From an uncultured archaeon (lineage in GTDB: Archaea > Thermoproteota > Nitrososphaeria_A > Caldarchaeales > Wolframiiraptoraceae): DNA of 64,000 nt. A model generated the notes under the pieces. The model was not told the origin of the DNA. It ran no database searches and saw nothing but the letters and a program-made list of their open reading frames with translations. The stretch lies in contig CALKCF010000002.1 of NCBI GenBank assembly GCA_938083505.1, positions 96,001 through 160,000 of the forward strand. Reading direction: 5' to 3'. Below, piece after piece: positions 49,685-59,053 of the stretch. Every line of letters starts with the position of its first letter. The first letter of the stretch is position 1. The translations under genes were made by a program, and so were the position numbers.

Positions 49685-49791
49685 TGGCGCCCTTCGGCGG
49701 GTGGGGTTTTCAACCCTCCCATGGCCGGGATTTGAACCCGGGTCCGGCGGGCGACAGCCGCCGATACTAGACCGGACTATACTACCAGGGC
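49685..49791 (-). tRNA. tRNA-Asp (GTC) with encoded CCA and a 29-nt BHB intron at 68/69 (49693-49721)
   Basis: GCCCTGG 5' acceptor, GGCGG-CT-GTC-GC-CCGCC anticodon arm, CCGGG-TTCAAAT-CCCGG; removing the intron restores CCAGGGC-G-CCA. Confidence 0.92.
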
Positions 49792-49895
49792 TCCATCTGA
49801 ATATGGTAAAAAGAACCTCTATAAAGCAATTCTTAAAGTTTTCTAGAAAATTAAGGTAGCAAGGATTTTATCCCAGCATAAAAGGTTTTGGCTAC

Positions 49896-50432
49896 ATGGA
49901 GCCAAGGGAGCTTTTAGGTATAATAAAGGGAAGGAGATCTGTGAGAAGGTTCTTGGAGAAGAGGATTCCTGACGAGTGTCTGAAGCTCATAATGGAGGCG
50001 GGCATATGGGCTCCAAGCGGGAGCAACATACAGCCATGGCAGTTCATTCTCGTAAGAGACCCCATATTGATAAAGAAGATAAAGCTCATATCTCCAGGCC
50101 TATTTGGTAACCCTGATGCACTGATCGTAGCGTGTGTGGACAAGAATAGGTACGAGAAGGCTGGTAAGATAGGCTACACGCTGTCGCTCATGGACATATC
50201 CATGGCAACCCAGAACATGATGCTAATGGCGTACAGCCTCGGCATAGGGTCATGTCCGATAGCATCTTTCAACAAGCTAGCCGTGAGTGAAATTCTCGAG
50301 CTCCCGGATAGCTTTGAACCTGTCTTGATGATCAGTTTAGGGTATCCTGAAGAGTGGCCTCGTCCTCCAGAAAGGAGGCCTCTTAGTGAGGTGGTTTATG
50401 TAGATGGTTATGGAAAGCATTATAGAGGATGA
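49896..50432 (+). CDS. Nitroreductase family protein
   Basis: RRSVRRF, APSGSNIQPW, QNMML.A..LGIGSC, LGYP. Confidence 0.92.
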   Translation: MEPRELLGIIKGRRSVRRFLEKRIPDECLKLIMEAGIWAPSGSNIQPWQFILVRDPILIKKIKLISPGLFGNPDALIVACVDKNRYEKAGKIGYTLSLMDISMATQNMMLMAYSLGIGSCPIASFNKLAVSEILELPDSFEPVLMISLGYPEEWPRPPERRPLSEVVYVDGYGKHYRG

Positions 50433-50709
50433 GCACTTCAAGCTCCTAACTTTTCTCATAGTTAGTGCAAGAGGTTGTGTTGATGAACCTTCGCTCTATG
50501 GACCGCTCAGGCTAATAGATGCTGCAGAGAGGTTAATAGGCCTGATGGACAAAATGGGAAAAGCTGACAAAAGGTTAATAGAAATAATGGAAACCATACG
50601 TGAAAGAAAGTTCAGCGTCATGAGTAATGAGGCGGAGTTTATCAAGTTGTTGGACGAACTTGTCTTAAGAATTTCAAGAATAATTAAAGAAACACAACTT
50701 ACAAGGTGA
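50404..50709 (+). CDS. DUF6092 family protein
   Basis: SARGCVDEP.LYGPLRLIDAA.RL motif; overlaps the nitroreductase end. Confidence 0.75.
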   Translation: MVMESIIEDEHFKLLTFLIVSARGCVDEPSLYGPLRLIDAAERLIGLMDKMGKADKRLIEIMETIRERKFSVMSNEAEFIKLLDELVLRISRIIKETQLTR

Positions 50710-50844
50710 TCTCATCCCTACTAATCTCGAAAAACCTATCGTAGCATTTGCTCAGGGTTGAAAGTTCTTTTTAAAAACCTCTAATCTTTGTGAACTAACC
50801 TTCAGCGGACTTAAAAGGGTATCAGACATAAAAATGAAATTATA

Positions 50845-50919
50845 TAGCGGGGGATGGATTTGAACCATCGATCTCCGGGTTATGAGCCCGGCGGGTTATC
50901 CTGGCTACCCTACCCCGCT
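50845..50919 (-). tRNA. Initiator tRNA-Met (CAT)
   Basis: A1-U72 pair, three G-C pairs in anticodon stem (CCGGG-CT-CAT-AA-CCCGG), TTCAAAT T-loop; no intron. Confidence 0.95.
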
Positions 50920-50993
50920 TCGGCACTAAGAATAACTTCGCCTAAATAAATACGTTAACGCACTAACTTTATATTTAATAATAAATAATATTT

Positions 50994-51016
50994 ATTAATG
51001 TAAAAAAGACATTAAT
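50994..51016. promoter_or_regulatory. Perfect 8-bp inverted repeat ATTAATGT-n7-ACATTAAT just upstream of aor
   Basis: Directly read; ends 7 nt before the ATG in an AT-rich promoter region. Confidence 0.4.
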
Positions 51017-51023
51017 TAAAATC

Positions 51024-52871
51024 ATGGTGTTGGGTTACAACAAGCTTCTGTATTTAGACTTGAACTCGGGTAAAGTTGAGGAGAAGGATGTTGACGAGGA
51101 GCTGGCATATGGTTTCATAGGTGGCCGTGGATGGGCAGCTTACATTGTGTTTAAGGAGCTTGATAACATAATTGACGGTCTTCATCCTTCTAACGTGCTT
51201 GTTGTTGCAACCGGACCGTTAACCGCCATACCATTTCAAAGTGGTGGAAAGGCAACGTTCGCAAGTATAAGCCCACAGACTGGCATATACGGCGATAGCA
51301 ACGTAGGCGGCTTCTTTGGTTATAGGATGAGGAGGGCTGGAGTAGATGCATTAGTGATTAAAGGCGCATCTCCACACCCCGTCTACTTACTTGTGGCCGA
51401 TGGCAAGGTAGAGATTCATGATGCGGAGAAGCTTTGGGGCCTTAACTCGCAGGAGACCGATGTAAAGTTAGTGAATGAATACGGTGATTGTTCCGTCGCC
51501 TCAATAGGCACAGCTGGCGAGAAGTTGGTGAAGTTCGCTTGTATTAACGTAGACTGGTCGAGGAAAAGAATGCGGCATGCTCAAGCAGGAAGGACAGGGG
51601 TAGGCGCTGTCATGGGTTCGAAGAGGTTGAAGGCGATAGTTGCGATGGGTGACAAAGAGGTTAAGGTTGCAGATGAAGAGAGGTTGAGGGAGGCTGCAAA
51701 GAAGCTTCAGAAAATGGTGATGGAGAGTCCAAATTACGAAGCCTGGAGAAAGTATGGAACACTGGCTACGATCGAATGGTCGAACAAGGCAGAATGTCTG
51801 CCGACGTATAATTTCCAAAAAACGGTTTTTGAGTACGCGGATAATATAGGCGGCGACGCCATGGATAGGGTGAGAGTATCTACGAGGAGTTGCTCCAACT
51901 GCATAATTCCATGCGAGCATGTTGTTCCGTTTAAGTTGAACGGAAAAGGTGAAGTTGGCATCGAATATGAGACGGCAGCAATGTTGGGTTCAAACCTCGG
52001 GCTGAAGAGTATTGAAGAAGTTGCAAAAGCAAACTACCTGTGCGATTATTACGGACTGGACACTATCAGCACAGGCTCGGTGCTTGCATTCGTCATAGAG
52101 TGCTACAAGAGGGGGTTGATCACGGAGAAGGAGTTAGGCCTTGTGCCGGATTGGGGCGATATAAATGCCATATGCAAGATGATAATAATGATCGCAAATA
52201 GGGAGGGCTTTGGTGATGTAATGGCAGAAGGCGTAAAGGCTCTAGCTGAGCGTATAGGCAAGGGCTCGGAAACTTTCGCCATGCACGTGAAGGGTTTAGA
52301 GATCAGTGCTTATGATCACAGAGCCGCGACCGCCATGGCCCTAAGTTACGCAACTTGTGACATAGGTGCGCATCATAACAGGTCTTGGGCGATAACCTAT
52401 GACCTCGAGGTTGGTAGGGACAAGTACACAGAGGACAAGGTCAAGAAAGTCATCTACCTTCAGCACATAAGACCGTTATTTGACATTTTAGGAGTTTGTA
52501 GGTTTTACTGGGTGGAGCTTGGTATCGACCCTAATGTTTATGCGGATGCGTACTCTGCAGTTACCGGAAAGGAATTTACACTAGACGACCTCTTGTTTAG
52601 GTCGGAAAGGGTTTGGAATTTAACTAGGGCCATTGCAGTCATTCGCAAAGGTATAAGCATGAAGGACGACTTATTGCCGGAAAGGGACTTCTCGGATCCC
52701 GTTCCAGAAGGGCGTACGAAGGGTGCAAAGCTGGATAAGGGTAAGTTCATAGAGATGCTGAAGATGTATTACACTCTCAGGGGCTGGGATGAACTCGGCA
52801 GACCGACCTATGAGAAACTCATGAAGATCGGTTTGGAAGAAGTTGCCAAAAAGCTTTACGGAAAATCTTAA
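51024..52871 (+). CDS. aor: Tungsten-containing aldehyde ferredoxin oxidoreductase
   Basis: GGRG.A, ATGPLT, SP.TG, GR.G.GAVMGSK.LKAI, C..C.IPC, EYET, D..GLDTISTG, HVKGLE..AYD.R, YY..RGW. Confidence 0.95.
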   Translation: MVLGYNKLLYLDLNSGKVEEKDVDEELAYGFIGGRGWAAYIVFKELDNIIDGLHPSNVLVVATGPLTAIPFQSGGKATFASISPQTGIYGDSNVGGFFGYRMRRAGVDALVIKGASPHPVYLLVADGKVEIHDAEKLWGLNSQETDVKLVNEYGDCSVASIGTAGEKLVKFACINVDWSRKRMRHAQAGRTGVGAVMGSKRLKAIVAMGDKEVKVADEERLREAAKKLQKMVMESPNYEAWRKYGTLATIEWSNKAECLPTYNFQKTVFEYADNIGGDAMDRVRVSTRSCSNCIIPCEHVVPFKLNGKGEVGIEYETAAMLGSNLGLKSIEEVAKANYLCDYYGLDTISTGSVLAFVIECYKRGLITEKELGLVPDWGDINAICKMIIMIANREGFGDVMAEGVKALAERIGKGSETFAMHVKGLEISAYDHRAATAMALSYATCDIGAHHNRSWAITYDLEVGRDKYTEDKVKKVIYLQHIRPLFDILGVCRFYWVELGIDPNVYADAYSAVTGKEFTLDDLLFRSERVWNLTRAIAVIRKGISMKDDLLPERDFSDPVPEGRTKGAKLDKGKFIEMLKMYYTLRGWDELGRPTYEKLMKIGLEEVAKKLYGKS

Positions 52872-52971
52872 AACAGAGGAAAGTCTTTTACGAATGCTAG
52901 TAAGCACATCCTTAAATTCATGTCAACGTACAATAACTATTTGTGCCAACGTTGATGCTGAGGGGAAGAGT

Positions 52972-53361
52972 ATGAGTAAACCGACTGATATGGGCTCTCT
53001 GAAAGTCGGACACAACGTCATAATAGATGGTGAACCTTGTAGGATAGTCGAACTGGAGAAGAGTAAGCCGGGTAAGCACGGTTCGGCTAAAGTCAGACTG
53101 GTCGCCATTGGGATCTTTGATGGTGTTAAAAGGAGCATAGTAGGACCTGCAGATAGCAAAGTTGAGGTTCCAATAATAGAAAAGAGGTCCGGTCAAGTTG
53201 TGTCGATAGGCGACGTGGTCAGCGTCATGGACTCCGAAAGTCTCCAAATAGTCGAGGTGCCGCTACCGCAAGACGAGTCTTTGAGGAACAAGATAGAGCC
53301 AGGCGTTACTGTCGAGTACTGGACAATCATGAACAGACACTTATTAGTGGGTGTTAAGTAG
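52972..53361 (+). CDS. eif5a: Translation factor aIF5A
   Basis: SKPGKHGSAK hypusine loop; ATG 52972 is preferred over the ORF-track start, which overlaps aor. Confidence 0.97.
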   Translation: MSKPTDMGSLKVGHNVIIDGEPCRIVELEKSKPGKHGSAKVRLVAIGIFDGVKRSIVGPADSKVEVPIIEKRSGQVVSIGDVVSVMDSESLQIVEVPLPQDESLRNKIEPGVTVEYWTIMNRHLLVGVK

Positions 53362-53948
53362 CCCGTTTAATAATCTTATATAGCCCTGGCCCTATCACTT
53401 ATGCCTGGAATTATTCAGGTAATTTAACTGACTATATCCAATTAGAGCATTAGTCGCCTATAACTCACAGAAGCAACGTGTAGAAGAACATAAAGAGGGG
53501 CAGAGAGTTCGTCGAAACGTTAGAGTGGCAACTCCACAGTATACAAGACGCTGAGACAACTCATGAAAAAGATGATTGAAAGACCCACATAGAAAAGATG
53601 GACGAGAAGGTTAGGAAGGTAGCAAATATATAGATGAAACCTATTGATAGGATGCATGACCTTTACTAAACTAACTACAGGCTGGAGTTAAAAAATTAAT
53701 ATGTAGCTCCATATGCATTACAGCATAATGCCTACTATGCAAAGATACTGGATTGTTGTGAGGTACCTCAAAATTGGTAGATCGTCTTAGCTTTTGGGAG
53801 GGCCTAGTAGAAAAGTTAACAATAGTCAGAAAGTGAGAGAAAATCCAATATTATGAGACCAGTGGAAGGTGCAGTTAGATATGACATCATACGTACAAAG
53901 TTTAAGCGGACAAGCCGCTTTGACCTAAGGAAGTTAAGGAGAATAGAG

Positions 53949-54200
53949 TTATCTGGCCTTACAGATAAGCATCCTCCTGTGAAATTCCGTCATCTTTAAG
54001 GTCCATTCTTTTGCCAGCTCGATTGCATAGCCCTGTAGCTTCCTATTTATTCCATGCTTTTCCCATTCCCTTCTCTTCTCCTCTATTTTTCTCCCTGAAC
54101 TCCTCGTCCAGCTGTTCGGTGCTGAACACCTGGGTTTTGACACCCCTGGACTCAAGGAATCTGCGCACCAGGGGTCTTTTTGACAGAGCCCTCAGTACCG
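53949..54200 (-). pseudogene. Frameshifted fragment of an unknown helical protein
   Basis: LRALSKRPLVRRFLESRGVKTQVFSTEQLDEEFRE(shift in A-run near 54088)KIEEKRREWEKHGINRKLQGYAIELAKEW reads as one protein. Confidence 0.35.
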
Positions 54201-54237
54201 GGTACTCTTCAGAACCATTATTATAATCTTCTGAGGA

Positions 54238-55303
54238 ATGTTTGTGCTGAGCGATCGCGTTATAGCCAGTATTAGTAATTTTCTTCCGGGCTTCAGAAAA
54301 TATTTAGCGACGGATGAGTGTAAGGAGTTTCTGAAGGAGAGGAGGGAAAGAGAACATGAGTTCAGGAATCTGCTGGGCAAGGACACTATCGAGCAACTTT
54401 CAGAGCCAGACTTCAAGCGTATAATTTCTTCGCTATGGGCTTATAAGATATGGACTAAAAAAGATTACGTTGTCGATATGGTCTTGAAAAGTATCGACTT
54501 CAACACTCTGAGATCGGAGCTTAAGAACCTGCTTTATGGTGATATCCCTCTGGCTAAACGCTATGATAGGTTTTTCGAGGCCGTCAGGGGTATTGGTCCC
54601 TGCAGGCGTTACGGAGATCCTCGCTTTCGTTGACCCATCACAGTATGGTATCTGGAATGATAAGAGTAGAAAAGCCCTCGATATTCTGGGACTGGGAGAG
54701 ATGGTGCCAACCAAAAAGTATAAGATAAGCGGCTCGGAATATGAGAAATTCCTTGAAGCATTGAAATACATCTCCAAGATCGTTGAGCCAAATAAAACAG
54801 AGACAGACTTACTTTACGTGCACCTATTTCTGTACTTCATAACCACTAAAAATGTGGGAGAGTATGGAGTCGCTACTGAAGAAGATTATTATTTTGACCA
54901 TGATGAGATTGTTGAGAAGCTTGTTGAGTTAGGTAGCGGGCTGGGCTTCGAAGCCAGCAGTGAGGTACCGATAGCCAGAGGAGCCAGAGTGGACGTTCTC
55001 TGGCAGGCTAAAATAGCTAACCTCGGGGTCGTTAGTTATGTCTTCGAAGTTCAAAGAGGTGGGAGTATAGATTCTCTCATACTTAACCTACAAAAGGCCA
55101 AAAATAATCCCACAGTCCAGAAACTTATTGTGGTGGCCAACGCAAAGGACTTGAGGAAAGTGAGGGACGAAGTTGAGTCTCTGGGTGAAGAGTTTAGGAA
55201 ATCGATAGTGTACATTGAGGTTAAAGATGTGTTAAGAACCTCAGAGCTACTGGGCGAGCTAAACATGATAATAAGCAAGCTCGAATTGGTGAAAAGTTTC
55301 TAG
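54238..55303 (+). pseudogene. HhH-like domain plus PD-(D/E)xK nuclease (restriction-like), split by a +1 frameshift at 54598-54600
   Basis: Removing one C from GGTCCCTGCA restores GIGPAGVTEIL...P..YGIWN; C-terminal E...RVDVLW...VFEVQ nuclease core. Confidence 0.75.
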
Positions 55304-55439
55304 AACAACATTGCATTTTAAAAAGAGCAAAGGAAAAAAGAAGATTAACGATTTGCAGGCCTATATTTTCTTAACTCGACCTGAACCTCTAAAATTTTAT
55401 ATAATTTTTACAGACAAGGTACATCGGTGGGTTTTATTG

Positions 55440-57041
55440 ATGGATAAGAAGGATTTGTTAAACCTGCTGATGCTGATAGCCGCATCATATGCTTTGACGT
55501 TTCTAATACCTCCAATGGACTTTCCGCTGTCTGATGACTATGTATACTACAGCGAAGTTAAGACATTCCTTAAAAATGGTGAGATAAAGATGTATCCATC
55601 CACGATGGCAACGTCTGTTGTTCAAATAATCGTAGGCAGTGCATCATCATCTATACTTGGTCTAACTCATAGAACGTTGATGTTAACGACAATGCTCATA
55701 AGCATCGTTCCAATAATCTTCACGTACCTTTGGTTAAGATTATGGGCTGATAGGTTTGCATCTTTCCTTGGATCCATTGTTATGCTTTTAAATCCTGTGT
55801 ACTATTATCATAGTCACACATTCATGACGGATGTGTATTCTATGTCATTCATGGTGCCGTCGCTCTATTTCCTTTATACTGGTATTGTTAAGGGAAGCGA
55901 TAGACGCATGGTGATCGGGGTTATAGTGTCCTTGCTAGGCTTTTGGGTCAGACAGTATGCCATACTCACAGTTGGCGGCCCGATACTATTCTATGTTTAT
56001 AGATTGTTGAAGTATAAGAAAAACGATTTTACTCTTAGGCGCATCTTTATTCTGGTGACGATCCCGGTAATTAACGTCTTAATATGGTGGGTGTTATTCC
56101 CGACACTTCATGACTTGGAACATGCATGTGTGTACGTCATCGGCATAGGTGGATGGGTTCCTAAGAATTTGCTTCAGTTCATACTTTTCTCAGGCTTTTT
56201 TGTCTTCCCAATGGGGTTTGTGTATTTATTAGGCGTAAAAAGGCTTGTAGAGGAATTTAATGGTTTGAACAAGTACTTCAAAATCCTTTTGGTTATGCTT
56301 TTTGTTACACTAATTGTATTTATGGTTTTAAGGACCCTCTACGGTCTCGGGAACAAATTTGTTCCAGCTATGCCCTTTGAGTATGCGACCGCAAACCCTA
56401 GAAGTGTTGGACCGGTACCCATATCGGGTTACAAGGATTATTTGTTTCCGTTGGAGCTCTGGTGGACTATCTCTGCGCTTTCTGTCGTGACTGCCTTCGG
56501 GACGCTTGTAGCTGGACTAAAAAGGCTTAATGAGGGGAGGTTTATACTGCTGTTTGCATTCATAGTGTCCTCAATGGTTCCCCAGACTTTTTACGGAAAC
56601 TTCTTTGATAGATACTACATGTTAATGATTCCGTTGATGTTTCCAGTAATCTTTAGTTTTGTTCAGAATCGACGAATTCTAATACTGTGTCTTACTGTTA
56701 CGGCCTTCATCATAGGCCTATGGTCGTATTACGGTGTGCATGATCACTTCTCGTGGAACTCTGCAAGGTGGGAAGGCATTAACTATCTTCTGAGCAACGG
56801 GGTTTCTGAACAAGAGATAGATGGCGGATTGGAGTACAATTCAAGGTTCTTCCAAGGATGCCAAAACATAAACGTAACGCCCGTGAGATGGTACGGATGG
56901 GGATACAGTATAAGCGATAGCTACATAATTTCCTTGAACAGCATATTGGATGGTTACGAGGTACTTAAGGAGATACCTTATTATAACGTCTTTGGCACCG
57001 AAGTCGGAAAGATTTATGTCTTAAAGAAGTCTGTTTCTTAA
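55440..57041 (+). CDS. GT-C fold glycosyltransferase (PMT/ArnT-like)
   Basis: DFPLSDD.VY loop after TM1, NP.YY..SHTFMTDV, VRQ, FDRY; more than ten TM helices. Confidence 0.82.
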   Translation: MDKKDLLNLLMLIAASYALTFLIPPMDFPLSDDYVYYSEVKTFLKNGEIKMYPSTMATSVVQIIVGSASSSILGLTHRTLMLTTMLISIVPIIFTYLWLRLWADRFASFLGSIVMLLNPVYYYHSHTFMTDVYSMSFMVPSLYFLYTGIVKGSDRRMVIGVIVSLLGFWVRQYAILTVGGPILFYVYRLLKYKKNDFTLRRIFILVTIPVINVLIWWVLFPTLHDLEHACVYVIGIGGWVPKNLLQFILFSGFFVFPMGFVYLLGVKRLVEEFNGLNKYFKILLVMLFVTLIVFMVLRTLYGLGNKFVPAMPFEYATANPRSVGPVPISGYKDYLFPLELWWTISALSVVTAFGTLVAGLKRLNEGRFILLFAFIVSSMVPQTFYGNFFDRYYMLMIPLMFPVIFSFVQNRRILILCLTVTAFIIGLWSYYGVHDHFSWNSARWEGINYLLSNGVSEQEIDGGLEYNSRFFQGCQNINVTPVRWYGWGYSISDSYIISLNSILDGYEVLKEIPYYNVFGTEVGKIYVLKKSVS

Positions 57042-57299
57042 CCTTCAGAACGTTATGTACGATAGCTATTATAAAGGCCGTGTAAGGTGTGAGTTACGCT
57101 CCTCAACACGATGCCGGAACTCCTGATGCATCTTTTTTACTTTTGGTTACGTTCCAATGGACTCGCCACAGAGCGGTTCATGTTCGTTGTTAAAAATGCT
57201 TTGATGCTGTTGGCGTACCTATACTTAAAATCTCCGTTTTCTAAGGTTTCATCATGAAAAGTTTCTGGGCATCACTTTATATGCTTTACCTCTTTGATT

Positions 57300-57742
57300 A
57301 TCCTTCGAGACATACCACCGGAGTACGTTTCGACCCTTTTGTCCTTGAACGGTGTCAAGCTCTACAAGCTCAAGTAGCTCAATGGCTCGCCTTTTAGCAA
57401 CATCTTTAGATATACCATAAAGGTCTGCGCATAACATTATGTTCTCATGGCCGGTCAGGTCTTCGTCTGCTGTGCACTCTTGCGGCATGACACCTATGAC
57501 TCTTCTGACTATACTCACCTGCCTGATGATATCGTAGCCGAGTATTGAAGCTCTACTCTCCGTTGGCTTCAAAACAGTTATCAACATATTCATGGTAGTC
57601 GTTTTACCTGACCGTTAGTCCAAGAAAGTCGAAGATTTCTCCTTCTTCCACGCTAAAGCTCATGTAGTCTACGGCCACGAAACCTTTGTTAAAGACCTTT
57701 GTCAACCCTTCGACCTCTATAACCTTTTGACTATTCTTACAC
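57300..57742 (-). pseudogene. ABC-2 (DrrA-like) ATPase, N-terminal half, inverted
   Basis: IEVEGLTK.F, AVD..SF.VEEGEIF, damaged Walker A, VMPQ..TADEDLTG.EN; ends just after TYSGGM. Confidence 0.85.
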
Positions 57743-57750
57743 CCTCCCCC

Positions 57751-57980
57751 TTAACTTCTTATCTATTTCATCTAACTTCTGGGCAGCACCATTCAAAACG
57801 TCTAGCGCCTCTTTCATAGCTGACTCTGAGAATTTCTCCTCCAAACTCATGCGAAGGTTGAATATAGCCCTGAAGAACCTCTAGTGGTAAGTGTGTAATA
57901 CTTTATTCCGCTTTCCTGTGCAGGTACCTCTTCGATGTACCTGTTGTCCTGCAGCCATGCAAGCAGAGGATAGAGCGATC
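57751..57980 (-). pseudogene. PadR family regulator, C-terminal remnant
   Basis: SLYPLLAWLQDNRYIEEV....GIKYYTLTTRG; N-terminus missing. Confidence 0.75.
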
Positions 57981-57981
57981 A

Positions 57982-58133
57982 GGGTTACACAGTAACCGAA
58001 GCTATCGCTCACAAAACCTACGTTGAACAAGGTTTATCTGGAATATACTGGAAGATCTATGCGGGATGTTGAAGAATCTAGGGAAGCATTCATATCGCAT
58101 AGGATAGCTTTGAGGAGGGCTAGGTCAAGATGA
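57982..58133 (+). pseudogene. ABC-2 ATPase C-terminal remnant
   Basis: LSLTKPTLNKVYLEYTGRSMRD; stop overlaps the permease ATG (ATGA). Confidence 0.7.
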
Positions 58134-59042
58134 GCGAGTACCATCCTAGTGTGCTTCGTAGGTTATTGGCACTAACCATCCGTGAGCTGAAGAAGTGGAT
58201 AAAGGAGCCCATAATACTTTTTGTGTCCATACTGCAACCGGTAATATGGATGGTGCTTCTCGGAAAGGCAAGGCCATGAACCTCAACGCGATTTTTTCGA
58301 TGGATAGCTTGAGCAACATAAACATACCTGACATAAAAATACCTGAGTACGGCATAGTCATTCCGGATTCGCTGATCAGGCAAAAGATGTTGGAGACGTT
58401 TGATAATGTAGGCACTAATATAATGCAAAACGTTTTCGGAGTTACAGATTACTTCAGCTACATGTCCGTGGGCATGATATCCATGATAGTCATGTTTACA
58501 ATAATGTTCAGCGGTATGTCGATAGTTTAGGATAGACGCCTAGGTTTTTGGATAAAGTCTTAAGCACACCTGTTCCGAGGTCGGCAATAATCTTTTCAAA
58601 AGTCCTTAATGCTGCTCTGAGGTTAATATTCCAAGCAACAATAATATTAGCGCTGGCAATAATCTTTGGTCTGAAAATTAGCGCGACGTTCAGTTCGCTG
58701 AACCTTATGGGAATCTACGCGTCTATATTCCTTCTATCTGTGGAGGCTTTCTTCGTTGTTTTTGGCATTAGCGTTGAGATCGACGCGTCATGAGATGCGA
58801 TGGCAGTCGTGAACCTGATAAGCATGCCACTAATGTTCGCGAGCAACGTATTTTTTTCTATATCCATGATGCCTAAGTGGTTGCAGAGCATAGCAAACGT
58901 GAACCCCGTTAGCTACCTGACAGATGCGATAGAACAACTAACGGTATTGCCGCTCAACACATCAGCACTAGTTATGGATTTCGTGTATTTAGGTATGTTC
59001 GCGGCAGCATTATCTGCGAAACGCTTTCGTGGAAATACTTAA
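58130..59042 (+). pseudogene. ABC-2 type permease (DrrB-like) pseudogene
   Basis: RELKKW..P....LQPVIW, DYFSYM.VGM, LSTPV.R..I...K, PLMFASN..F....MPKWLQ....NP.SY; AAGGC duplication near 58266, stop at 58528 and further shifts. Confidence 0.88.
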
Positions 59043-59053
59043 CGAAGTAACGA

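Noticed and set aside
52843-52971. N-terminal extension of aIF5A in the ORF track
   Set aside because: Overlaps the aor end and the promoter; ATG 52972 gives the normal length
54590-54605. Programmed ribosomal frameshift in the nuclease gene
   Set aside because: No slippery heptamer or clear downstream structure; a simple +1 C insertion explains it
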